64,000 nt of DNA from Bugula neritina. Taxonomy: Eukaryota; Animalia; Bryozoa. This document shows, piece by piece, positions 1 to 12,600 of the stretch. The DNA lies in assembly GCA_964035545.1 (NCBI GenBank), contig OZ037765.1:11046698-11110697 (forward strand), read 5' to 3'. Position numbers and translations under genes: made by a program. Below the pieces are notes generated by a model. The model did no database searches. It was not told the origin of the DNA and worked only from the letters and a program-made list of their open reading frames with translations. Position 1 is the stretch's first letter, and every line of letters begins with the position of its first letter.

Positions 1-610
1 TTCAAACCAAAACCTATTTATAATACTACTACTACATACCAGCACCAATATTTGACTGCACATGTATGCATTGGGTAAAGTAACTACATGTAAACATTCA
101 TAAATGTGTCTTTCTGTAATTTTTCGAGGAGAAGATCAAAAAGCTGAACCATAAACCTATTTCTATGTACCAACTATGCTGTTTAATGCTGCACACCAGA
201 AAGATACAGAAGTATGATGGTGTTTGCCCATAAATGATGCTGAGAGCATTTATGCTGAAGATGGTTACAAAATTATTGACAGTGATTAACCGTATTGAAT
301 AATTAAATTAAAAATTCAGTAAAACAAATAGTGCATTAGAAGAGCAAACACAGAATGTATGCACATATATTATTTCTAACATGCTTCTATTGGAAAAAAT
401 AGTTCTATTACGTTGATTTTTAATATACAAGTTCATGCCCAACATGATTACAGGCCTTAAAAGACACACACGAGTCAATGGCTTCATATAACCTTTAAAA
501 GTACAATGTGTAGAAAAGACATTTACACCAGAGTTTTCTCATATTCCAGAATGCTCTGCTAGCTAAACAATGTCATCAGCATGATACTGGCAGGTCACAA
601 CTTTCATTAC

Positions 611-3600
611 CTTTTTATGCCAAGTGATAAACTCATCTCTTAGTATAGCTTTTAAGATGCTGCCAAGCTTAAACTGCGGCTGAACAAAGCATCGGGCAGC
701 CGAGACAATGGCGGCAGTCAATGGACCAGTCACTCCAGTTTGTGAAATAAACTCGGCAATGTTTGGTGTGAGACGAAATGGCACAGGCCTATTGGCGTCA
801 AACTCACCTGCAATATATTATAAAAGAATAGTATTATACTATATATACATTATACAACATATCATAAAAAAGTATGCATACGCTTTGCGGGTATTCATAA
901 TAACAACTACCCAAATTATTTTACCAACATAATTTTCTACCAAAGCATGTAATATTAAATGAAATGGTAGAATGAAACACATATAACAGCATTGTCTTGG
1001 TAACATCTGGAGTGTTCAATGTTGGTTATATACCAAAGTATAAGATGGAAACCAAAACAATACCCCAGATAGTTGGCTGTATGGACAGCTTCAGAGTAAT
1101 TATGACTCACTTATCTAATAATAGAACTGTAAATGAGATATACACTACGACTAACCAGACTGATCATCTATGTCAAACTTGAAGTAGGACACACTTATGT
1201 AGCCCGAGTCCTTATGTATATACATCATATCTGGGTTGAGACGGGTCAAATGAAGCACATACTCCGCCAAACCTTCCAGTGCCAACTGAGAAGTGAACTA
1301 AAACCAGCATATATTTATATATTAGTATAGACTTTTCTAACTCAAAGGTCTCGTGCAAGTATTTATGCAGGGATTGAAAAGTTCACAATTAGTGAGAAAT
1401 TAATACAACTAACAGAGCATTTAGTAAAAGGGTTCATCTCTTTGAAGATGAAACTTAGTTGCTGAACTTACATTAGCTCTGAAGGTCCAATAATCAGTCG
1501 CATCTTGAAACGTGTGCATTGCCCATTCTTTGAGAATCGTCCTAGGAACCTGATTGGTCATAATGTCCTTGAGAAGGTCGCGCAGCACCTGGTGACTAGC
1601 CTGTGAACCCCGCTGCTGCACGGCAGCAAGTCGGTCATAGTAACGGGTGATGGGAGCATCGTACTCAATTGCTCTCTTGGCACAACGCTACAATAATGTA
1701 ATCTGCCAGTTAATAAACTTCATGTGGTAAATATTTTTAGTCAATGGTAAAACATTTTATGTTTTAAAAGCGAAGGCAGTTTTAAATATTATGTTATTTA
1801 AATATAGCAATTTCCGCTATACCAGTAGGAATAATAAAATTTTTGTTGAAATTTCACTCATGCTAAGTTGAAATATTTGGTCAGTTAATTCACAGAAAAT
1901 ATTGTTGTCAAATGATCTATTGCTCAGAGTTTGGGCTACACTCTTGTCAGGGAATCATAATCTTAACCTATGTTACTTACAACTAGTCTCTTTTTAAAAC
2001 ATTGCAATCTTATTTCGGTTAGTGAGTATCTATCAGAAAGTGGTTTGTTATTGTATTCTGAGTAGAGTTGTCTTAAAAACTATTACTTCAAGTAATTTAG
2101 AGAGTAGTAAATTTATTTCACGAAAAATTTCATTGCTTTCTTTTGTGATAAGATCACAAGCTGCTTCCATTATTACATCACAAATTTACCTCATTTCAAT
2201 TGGTTCCTATTTTGAAAGTCAAAAAGATGAAGTATGGATTTTCAGGATATTTTTAAGCTGAAAATCTCATTGTTATGTGAAATAAGAAAATGTCAAAATT
2301 GTCATCTATATAAAATTCTGTAATCAACGTAAAAAGGTTTCTTAATATATTAAGCAGCTTTCTAGCATTCTCACAACATCGCTTAGTATAAATTGTATCA
2401 ATGTTTTTGTTACAAATATAAAATAGCTACATGTATGCATGCGTTTTAGTATATAAACAAAGGCTATATAAAAGATATGCTGGTGTGTGTTCATCTTTGG
2501 AGTTGCAAATTCAACAAATTTATCAAATAAAATTCTTTATTAAAAATGTGCTTTCTTGGACTATGTGAAAGTATTGTTAGTCCGATATTCCAACTACTAC
2601 AACTTCTACTTTGGTTATTAGACAATTGAGTTCTCCATTTTTATTTGTTTTTTTTTTCATCCGCTTAAAGCTTTCTTGTACTGTCTATACTCTAGTTAGA
2701 CCAAACATGCATTCCCAATGAAGTGATGCAATACCTGCTTCTAAACAGCATCAGCTAACTTTACATTTGTGTTAATTCCAATGTAATTACACTAAAAGTA
2801 AGCCAACATTGAAAAACATGTTCTCTAATCATATTACCATCAAGTATTATTTAGTTTGTTTTAATGGTTCCCCTTCACTACCTCAAAGTTAAAAGCATTT
2901 ACAAGGCACAGAGCTCAATTATATGCACTAATTAGTGTTATGCAGTGTTTGGTAAAACATATAGCCAGTACTAATGGCATGCTGGGTTAATGCACTCCAT
3001 AAAATAACTTCAGGATCACTCTTAATGAGATGATGGCATAGCTCAGTGGATAAACATTTGCTTCTCAGCCAATTCACAGAAGTGAATTTCAGCTGCTATT
3101 CAGTGTTCTACCTAATGCTTTGCTAGTCTCACACAAATACATTCATAGACTCAACTTAATAGCTGTTCAGAGTATAGTAACTATACCACTTGAAAGCAGC
3201 TGTTTCACTATTCAACACCAACTCCTATGCCTAAAGTGCATTCAACTTATTTTTAAAGAATACATGATGTTCAGTTAGAAGATTTCTTCAACTTGCTGAT
3301 CACATAAGCTCGCAAAGTAATATTATTGTCGTTAGTTTCACCTGTTTGAATATATCAAGAAGAGAAGTGGAGGCAGGGTTGTCTTCTACAAGTCTCATTT
3401 GTGGTGCCACAGCAACAACCCTAGGAACAGTAAAATAGAGCAACCTCTGTGAGGTTTCTTTCTGCTTGGTAAGATAGTGATTCATCATTCGTAGCAACTG
3501 CAGCACTCTCTCCTCGCGTCTCGCTTCAGTTAGATTGGCATCATTCACAACCAGATATGGGTAAACCTACACAGTAAAACATGTATAAGTTAGAACTGTC

Positions 3601-6600
3601 AAAGAATAGTAAATATAACACAAAGATAATGTAATGATATCTATACAGTAAACAACCAACAAGAGAATAATACACATAGTAACACCTAAACAAACATGAA
3701 GTAAAATTCACACATCAAAGTTTATTATGACTCTTGTTAACTTGTACCTTGCCATTGTGGCCCCTGATGTACAGTCTACGACATGCAGTATTTAGTTTAT
3801 GCACAATCTCTACTTTAGGCATGAACCTGGCGATCCTAACATAGTAGTGGCTATGCTTAGGCAGCAGAAACTCGCCCGGCAGCTCAACTTCGGCTGTCTG
3901 CAGAGAAAAGTTACTCAGGAAGCGGCATTTCTCTTCTATCAAAGTAATTCTACAAAATAGCTGTGTGAGTCAGACAACAGGGTGAGTATAATGGCAGTAT
4001 TATTAGTTATAGCAGTCTAGGATCTGTCAATGCATTTAATGTACAAGTATTGTTATTAATTGGAGAGCCATTATGTTAGGCCTCTTACCTCTTATAAGTA
4101 ATCTTGATACAGAATCATTTATATTTCAAAATGGTAATAATTTCACAACTATAAGGAACATGAGTAGATACCAAGATCATGATTTTGTAGTTATGACCTT
4201 AATAAAGAGGAAGTAGCTGAGAGAAGATCTAGAAAGAGCCTCCACAGTAAACAGTGTGTGTAGTTGGCTTACTTTGGTAGAAGCTTGGTTTTCGCTTCCA
4301 GCAGTTTGATCCACTTCTTGAGTAAGACAATGAGGTTGTGCAGTTTGGTAGCCCCGGAGATCTTAAAGTCAAAGTCTTTAGTGAACTGCTGTTTCATCTT
4401 CTGGAAAACCGGGTCTTGTGCCGTCATCTGAGCTCGCCTGGCCAGTGATTCGCTGGCAGCACTCGAGAACTGCTGACTTACAGCCGACACATTCTCTACG
4501 CCAATGCCAAAAGTACTCACAAGTTTCTTCACAAAGTTCAGAGTGTGGGGCGTAACTGTAGCTTCGCTCACTGTAAAGTACACACAAACACATCAACTCA
4601 ACTAATAATGTCATCATTTTAAAACTTGTTGGCAAAATTAAAGCTATTTTGACTGAAGAAAACTAAGTTGCACAGTATTGGTGAGCAAGAAGCTCTGTTG
4701 GGTGAAGAGATTCCTGTTTGGCTTGAGTTTACATCTTTTAGTTTGGCATTTGAGTGTAGAATTGCTTCATTTTCATGGTCAGACAACTCCTCAGTATATA
4801 AGAACTATTTGACAAAAAACTGCACCATCTCAATCAATTGACAGTTTCTCAGTCTACCACTACCTTGTACAGTTATGACAATTATAGTCTTTGGAAAACA
4901 CAAACAAATTACATCACTTTAATGCTACAACACTACATGTTACATCACTATAGTGTTACAACACCACATGTTACATCACTATAGTGGTACAATACCACAT
5001 GTTACATCATTATAGTGTTACAATACCACACGTTACATCAACATAGTGTTAAAACATCTCATGATGTATCACTATACTGTTACAAAAATAGTAGTCTAAT
5101 TATGTACATTGCATTAGCCACCATTCCTTGTGCAAACATGTGTTTTGAAATAAGAGATAATAGTCAATATCACCCTAGCCTGACAAACATGCCATCTTAT
5201 ATAACATTTACCTACTGCCTGTAGCAGTGGTCTTACCTGCACTTCTGTTCTCAAAAGCCACAACATAGCACTTAGTAAGTCCTTGTCTCAACTGTCTCAG
5301 CACTTCTTCATACCAAGTCTCTCTGAACCACACCATCTGAAATAACACATAGCATAGCCTTTAGAAGGTAAAATAACACATAGAATGCGCACTAGTAGCT
5401 TTGTTTGGTTTTATGTCATTCTAGTTGAAGATAAAATTCAATTTGAATACCTGCTAGAAACACACTAGATGGTTACATCGCTCCCAGTGTAATGACTGCA
5501 TTTTAGACAAAAATGGAGCAATTTGTCAACATCTTGTTGTAAAAAAAGGTAGAGAACTCCAAAATCTATCTAATTATGTAGAATAGGTCTTCTTATTACA
5601 ACTGCTGCCTTTCCATTACACAGCAAGAGGCTGCTGTGATGCATATTAGCACCCCTTAGCTTTGAAGCCTGCCTAATTTTGAAACATTGAAATGGGAAAG
5701 CATTCTCGTATTATTTTAGTTGCTGGAGGAAGTTATACAAAATGGAAAAGTTAACCCTAGCATATTTCAAAGACCATCTAACATAAACTTCAGGTACACA
5801 CCTGATCTACTATGCCTTCTAATGAGGAGAGGATAGTAGGGTGGAGGTCTCGCTGCATGTGCATAATCCTGCTGCAGCGCCACATTGCAGGTGTCGCCCT
5901 GATTGGTCCAGATTCAGACTGACTTGCTGACACACCAGCACTCGATGACGATAGGCCAGCAGATTGACTGGATGTAGATGGTTCTAAAATATTCAGCTAT
6001 ATTATACTATAACTAATATTATAATACAACAACTATATTATAATACAACAACTATATTATAATACAACAACTATATTATAATACAAAAACTATATTATAA
6101 TACAACAACTATATTATAATACATAATTATTATACATGTTTGTGTAACATTGACAACCAATTATACAATTATATACAATTCTAAAAGTTGCAATAAACAA
6201 CTATTAAGCAACAATACACTTTTCAAAAGGCCAAATTCAGCAGAATTGAAAGGGAGAGAGCATCATAATGACAAAAACTATGCCACCTATTAAAACATTG
6301 ATATTAATTCTTAAGTTGAAGTTTTTACCCGCAGACGAAAGCCCTAGTGATGATGCAACATTAAAACACAATCTTTAGTATGAGCTACAAGCAAGCGACT
6401 AGTTTCAACCAGCAAATTCAGATGTTGAGCAGTCAAAATATACACCAAATCATATTAATATGTAACATCATATTATGGTATATATACGCTGAGACAAATA
6501 AGTTTAGGTATAGCAATAAAGAGCCAACCAGAAGTTGAAGAGAGAGCAGATCGTATGGCTGCCACGCTGGTGGTAGCAGAAGTGGAGGATGTGGTAACAG

Positions 6601-9600
6601 CAGGCGATGCAGAAGTCATTGCAGGCTTCTCAGTGGACGATGCAGTAGTAACAGTGGATGGGGTAATAGTAGTTGTAGATGTTGTGGTTGAAACAGATGT
6701 GGAGGAGGCCGCCTGCTCGGTTGACACAGTTCTAAAGAACAAGAGAAAAACGTAGCAGCAGAAAATTTATAGCATGAATACGAAACGATAAACTTTTATG
6801 ACATAGATATTTGCACGAGATTGCATGTAATTAATATTTTGAGAATTATCTTTCTGTTTTATAATGCATTTTGTATTTATATTTAGGGTGGCAAATATTT
6901 ATAACATACAAATTAACTTCTATTTGCTAAATTCTCATTACGGCAGCATAAAAGATGACATTCAATGTTCACCATTGACAAACTTATATTTAATACTTAT
7001 ATTTAATCACATACCTCTACACTCTGATTAAAGATAACATATTTTGTAACTACAGTTTACTATGTTTACGGTTCCAACACTAAACTTACCGATTAAGACT
7101 TGCAGTGACATCTCCATTTTTCACTCTTTCTCTTTGCTCTATTTTAAGAGTGAGATATAGAGTACGGATGGGAAAGTACACCGCTTGCGGGTACACTCGG
7201 CCAATCTGGCCCAAAAGGTTACACAGCAACTTCCCTTCATTCTGTACTAAACAAGTCAGTAACTGTGGAATCCTGCAACCCAAAAGCAAAAGCTTTAATC
7301 AATGTAACCAAATAACCATCCTATAAACAAATTATTGATTTGCATATCAAATTTATGTTATCCCTTTAACATCTTTACAAATAGCTAAAACAGAAGCTTC
7401 ATAAGCTAGTTTAACATACTTTATGTTTGAAATAACCAGAATTGAAATTAAATAATACGATGCCTCAATACTATTTTAGCCAACACCTTCTTCAGAGGCA
7501 TATGCTAAATTTTGGTTAACTCAGCAGTAATTTATAACCATAGCACATTTTTAACTTTACACTTAGTTTATTGAAAATTAGTTTTATTTGATTTTCAATT
7601 GATTGTACAAGATATTTAAATAATTCTGCTATAGCAGTTAACCTTGAAAATGTTATTTAATTCCAATATGTTCATATATATTAAACTATAATATAATCAC
7701 AGATTTATTTCAATTCAGAAAGCAGATATACATATGTACAAAGCATAACACTGGTTATGCTTTTCACTAGTAGAATTTGTATTGTGCGAATTATATGAGT
7801 TATCTTCCTCTACATAACCCGTTCCATGCTTTCCAACCAGGGTGGAAAAACAGAAGACACATTACATTTGCTTACTTCCATAATGCACATAAGAGAGAGG
7901 GTGTATCACGGAAAGACACTATAAGTAAGAGCTGTGCATCAACATAGTAGAGACATACCAAGGCAGCCATTGCATGGGTGGAACTCCCACGCAGTACTTG
8001 TCAACAGTGTCGGCCAATGAGAGCTTCTCGTCATCATACGTCAACAACCAGAGGACTTTGGCCAAGTACTTTCGTGATTTACTCTCATTCTGATGGCGAC
8101 AGGCGTGTAGGAAACATATAATAGCCGAAACCCCATTAGAAATCACTCTTTGCTAGAAAGTATGCAGTAGTGAGAAGTATAGCTAATCATCAATGCATTG
8201 CAGATATGTAGTTTCTCTATCAAATACAGAGGCCCTGCAACCTAAGTATTACAACTCTTGTACGCTAGCTAGGCCATGAAGAAAAAAGTTGGTGACAGAT
8301 TTGAAGGTGCAGCAAAAGCAATTAAATAAAATATATAAATTGATTTCAACACATGCTTCAAAATCTCCTAAAGCTTGAGATGTTAAAATAAGTTCACTGC
8401 AACGAAAGTATTACCGAGAAAATATCAATTGAGTGATTATTTCAATTCATACCAGCAAGTGAAATAATGGTACATTATATGTTTACAATTATTCTGGATT
8501 ATGAAATAAATTTGTGATGCAATAATTAGAGTTTGTTAGAAGAATAAAGCATTTAAGGTACTTGAAGAAGCAGCAGTTGATATGAAAAGGGCATGTAATG
8601 TTGCACAGTACTCTAAAATTTAATCAGCAAAAATTCTTTAAACTATTTAACTTACCTTTGTGAAAATCTGTACTAGATATTTAACTTACCTTTGTGAAAA
8701 TCTGTGCTAGATAGTCTCCCCACAGGGCCCAAGCTTTCACTAGTGTATCGTGCATTTGGACAGCTGCTGAGAAGGCTTTGTTAGCATCTTCAGACCTACA
8801 AACACACAGAAAGAATATATATATGTGTATAGGAGAGTTACAGAGACGGAGTAGGTAATTCCTAAATTAACATCACAGTACATGACCACCAAGACGGATT
8901 TGCAACACTAAATAAGGACTTGCGTTTAGATGTATAAGAGGCAGCCTTCTTAGTAGGAGATGCGAATCAACTGATTAATTGCTGACCACTTTGGACCTCC
9001 ACTAGCTTTACTATTGGCGAATAAATAGTCCTAATCATTACCTTCATTTGGGAGACACCAAATACGAGTATTACGTATATACTTCCTCATTAACTTATTA
9101 ATATAAAAACAACACAAAACATATAACAAATGGACATACATTAGGATAACATACAAATAAGCATTTTACCTGCCAATTTGGGAGAGAAACATTCCTTTGA
9201 GGGCGTAGAACTCTGCAGTCATCTCCTTAGTGAAGTACTTGAGATTGGTGGACTCAATCACCTCAAGACCCTCCTGGAGCTCATTTCTCCCCATTCCACC
9301 AGCCATGAGCAGGTGACACTTGACCTGCTGTTTGATCTTCTGGTAGCAATCAAGTATCGGCACTGATGGAATCGTATGAATCCTACAAAGTAAAAAACAG
9401 AATCAAAATTCATCTCAGCAAAAAGCTGTTGGTTTTGATTATTCAAGTGCTGCTAATCCAAGTTGAACTTGAGACTAACTACAGCCTTGTCATCACAAGA
9501 TACACAAAAACTGAGTAATTAATTAAGTGCTTGAGAAAAATTGTCCGGATGTCTTGTATGCTGTGACTATTTGCGTTTGTAAATATGTGGATCAGATAAC

Positions 9601-12600
9601 AGTGTATTAGGTTGAATCATTCATCATAAAAGATATATTATTCACAGAGTTACAATAAGTGGGAGGAGCTACAAGTACACAGCTATTATAAGAGAAATAT
9701 GAGTTATGTAGCTGTTGTGACTAACCGGCTGAGAGAATCAAGGCAGACACCAGTCAGGTTATGTTTTCTCGCGATCTTACCATAATGGATCATAGCCTGG
9801 GCTGAGGCATGCACACCCAGCATGGAGTTACTTGATAGGTTCTAAAGCAAATATAACGGTAGCAAATGTCAGAATGTTTTTACCTGGCTACAGTCTAACG
9901 CAACCGAACGTCAGAAATTAAAAGTTCGAATATCATAACAAAGGAAAGTTAAATATTGGTATATAATATACTAATGAGTTTACCTGCGCATCATAGTGGT
10001 TTATAATAAACTAATAGTGAGGTTTTACCTGCGCATCATAGTAGTTTATAATAAACTGATAGTGGGGTTTTACCTGCGCATCATAGTGGTTTATGATAAA
10101 CTGATAGTGATGCTGTCTCCAGGCAAATATGTCACTCCAATGACTGAGGTCATCTGATAGAATGGGCAGACGATTCCGCCATGTCTTTACTATAGCTTTC
10201 ATGTCATGCAGATTACTGTTATTCCGGTTACTGGTGTTTGGCTGCAAACCTTTACTAATCTGAGCAGCTTCCTGTAACTCCATGATCTGCTGAGCTGCCT
10301 GTAAATACAAATATTTCATCATCCGATGCCATCATAGCCTAGAAATTGAGCTTCATCTTTTTCAGTAAAAAATTAATATAGCTTGGGTAAGCATTGAAAG
10401 AAAACAACACACATCATAAGCATGCATAAACCTACAGATACACAGTTGTGAGATTTTTAGGAAGATACCAGCTATTTATATAAGCAGATGTGTTTATGAT
10501 AAAGAAAATAAAGACCGTTTGATGGTTAACACTAAACTAAACGATATAGCAGGCAGCTGAGACAACAAATAGCAGACCTGGAGAAATGGAGTATGGATAT
10601 GTGACACAACCCTCGGTAATCTTCTCCACTCCTTGATGGCCATAGTTGTAGCTAAATCCACTAGCGTGTCGACCATAGTGAGGTGTTGCTCATCCGGGTG
10701 GCAGATGGCTATATAGCCTCGATACATGCTCACCTGTAGCAGGTATGTTTTAGCTAAATCAACTTATTCATGTAATAAGCAATGGTTCAGGTAACTTATG
10801 AAATTTCAGTTTCACCTATTGTTGAGATAGGATAGCATAAAATCTGCACTGCATAGTAAATGGCAATTTAGAATCTAAATTCAAACTAGAAAGAGATAAA
10901 ACCTCCAACCTTCCAAGCACTTTCCTTGGGGCAGCTAGCTTCAACCTGAGCCAATGCATCTTTCATCATAGACCAGTTGGGAACTCTCCAAGCACTTTCC
11001 AGTATCAAATGGGGATTCGTATTTCCTACAAAAAAAAACAATCAATTTCTAGAAGATTCTAGTAAGATATTGCAATTTGATACTCGAACTTATTGCTTAT
11101 TCCCTGCCTCTAACCTTTTGAGTTGGCGTACTCCAGCAGTAGGTCCCACTGATTCAGTTCTTTAGCACACTGCACCCAGTGGTCCTCCCACACCTTGAAC
11201 TCACATAGGACATTAGATCCAGCAGCAGTGACATTGAGTTCACCTCTCGCTTTAGCCATTACCTGACGAGTGACATAGAGCCGAATGTATTAAATATCTA
11301 TAGCTCCAATCATATATAAATGAATATTCACTGCGTTTCCAACTTTCGCATTATGCAAATGGGTTTTTCTTTTGATGTTTGTTAACAGTTGCATCTAATG
11401 AAACCATAATCATAAGTTCATGCAAACTGCAGCCACAAATTCGATGTACGAGCATTCATTTGCATAATGCAAAGTAATAGAAATGCAGTGAATATTAAAT
11501 TAGAACGTACACTTAACTATATTTTACTTAGAAACAGCTTTACTAAGTGTAGAGATACAGCACAAACCTGTTCATATGTGGTTTGAGCTTGTTCATAATA
11601 ACCGTGTTGCTCATAAGATAGAGCTGTAACAGTTTCTGGATATTTGGCCTTCTTGGACCACAGTCCAGTTAGCATGTCTTTCTCTCTTAGCAAAGCGTAT
11701 ATATCGGAGAGCATGTCATACGTCTCCTACAAGAATCAGAAACACTTAATGAAAAAACTCAACTAAACGTACAGTAAATATTATACGATTACTGTAGTAA
11801 AACATTAAACATATTCCATTAATTTTTTTACCCAAAATGCACTGTATGACCATGTTACCTAAACTCTTATAAATCATTGATGAAACATTTTTATCAGTTT
11901 TGTGCAATCGCCAAAAACTTGTAAAAAATTTTGAACTAGAAGACAACCCCTAACAATATTCTCTAGTCATTTTCTAAAAATATACATTGATAATTTACAA
12001 TAAAATCAGCAGTTTAAGTACAATGTACCTGAGTCAAAGCCTCATTAGGCGTGTTTGGTTCAAAATCAAACTCAGTGCCACTGAACTTCTGCTGCTTAAG
12101 TTGCAGGATGTTAGAATGGCTGCTGTCCATCGCGAGGAGCTCCAAGAGGAGGGCAGCACGATGCCACAGATTGTGACTCTTTCCCAGGTATTTAATGACC
12201 GATGGCCTGATTGGCAGCGATGGGACACATCGAGTTATAGCCTCAAAGAAAACCTAAACACAGTATAAAGTGACATGAATAATGGCAGATAAAACTAATT
12301 AACCATTTGAAATAAATGGTTACTGCCAACAATTCACCATAATTAAATTAGTGCCAAAATTCATCCATTTTTAACAACTAGAATACAATTTTTTATAGTC
12401 ATTTGTTCAAGAAAAGTCATTGCTACACAAAGGTTTGAGAGGACAATTTTGAAAAGCCTTAGGACTAACCTTACAAGAACTGGGCTGGGTATCTTTCTGT
12501 CCCACATGACTACCACTACAGAGAAATGGAATCAACTCTGCCGCCAGGTTCAGTTGCTGTTTCTCGAGTAACACCTTTATAAATAATCAATATGAGGAAA

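Noticed and set aside
40-55. 16-nt TRRAP microexon candidate (SNIGA)
   Set aside because: Weak acceptor context, and the downstream exon is outside the window so phase cannot be tested.
9415-9496. Possible intronic C/D snoRNA (GTGATGA...CTGA on the TRRAP strand, 82 nt)
   Set aside because: Weak terminal stem, D box only ~30 nt from the 3' splice site, and the loose resemblance to an LSU rRNA antisense element has a central mismatch.
9884-9894. 11-nt microexon candidate (ag|ACTGTAGCCAG|gt) in TRRAP
   Set aside because: Would shift the frame between two phase-0 exons and leave only a 42-nt intron.
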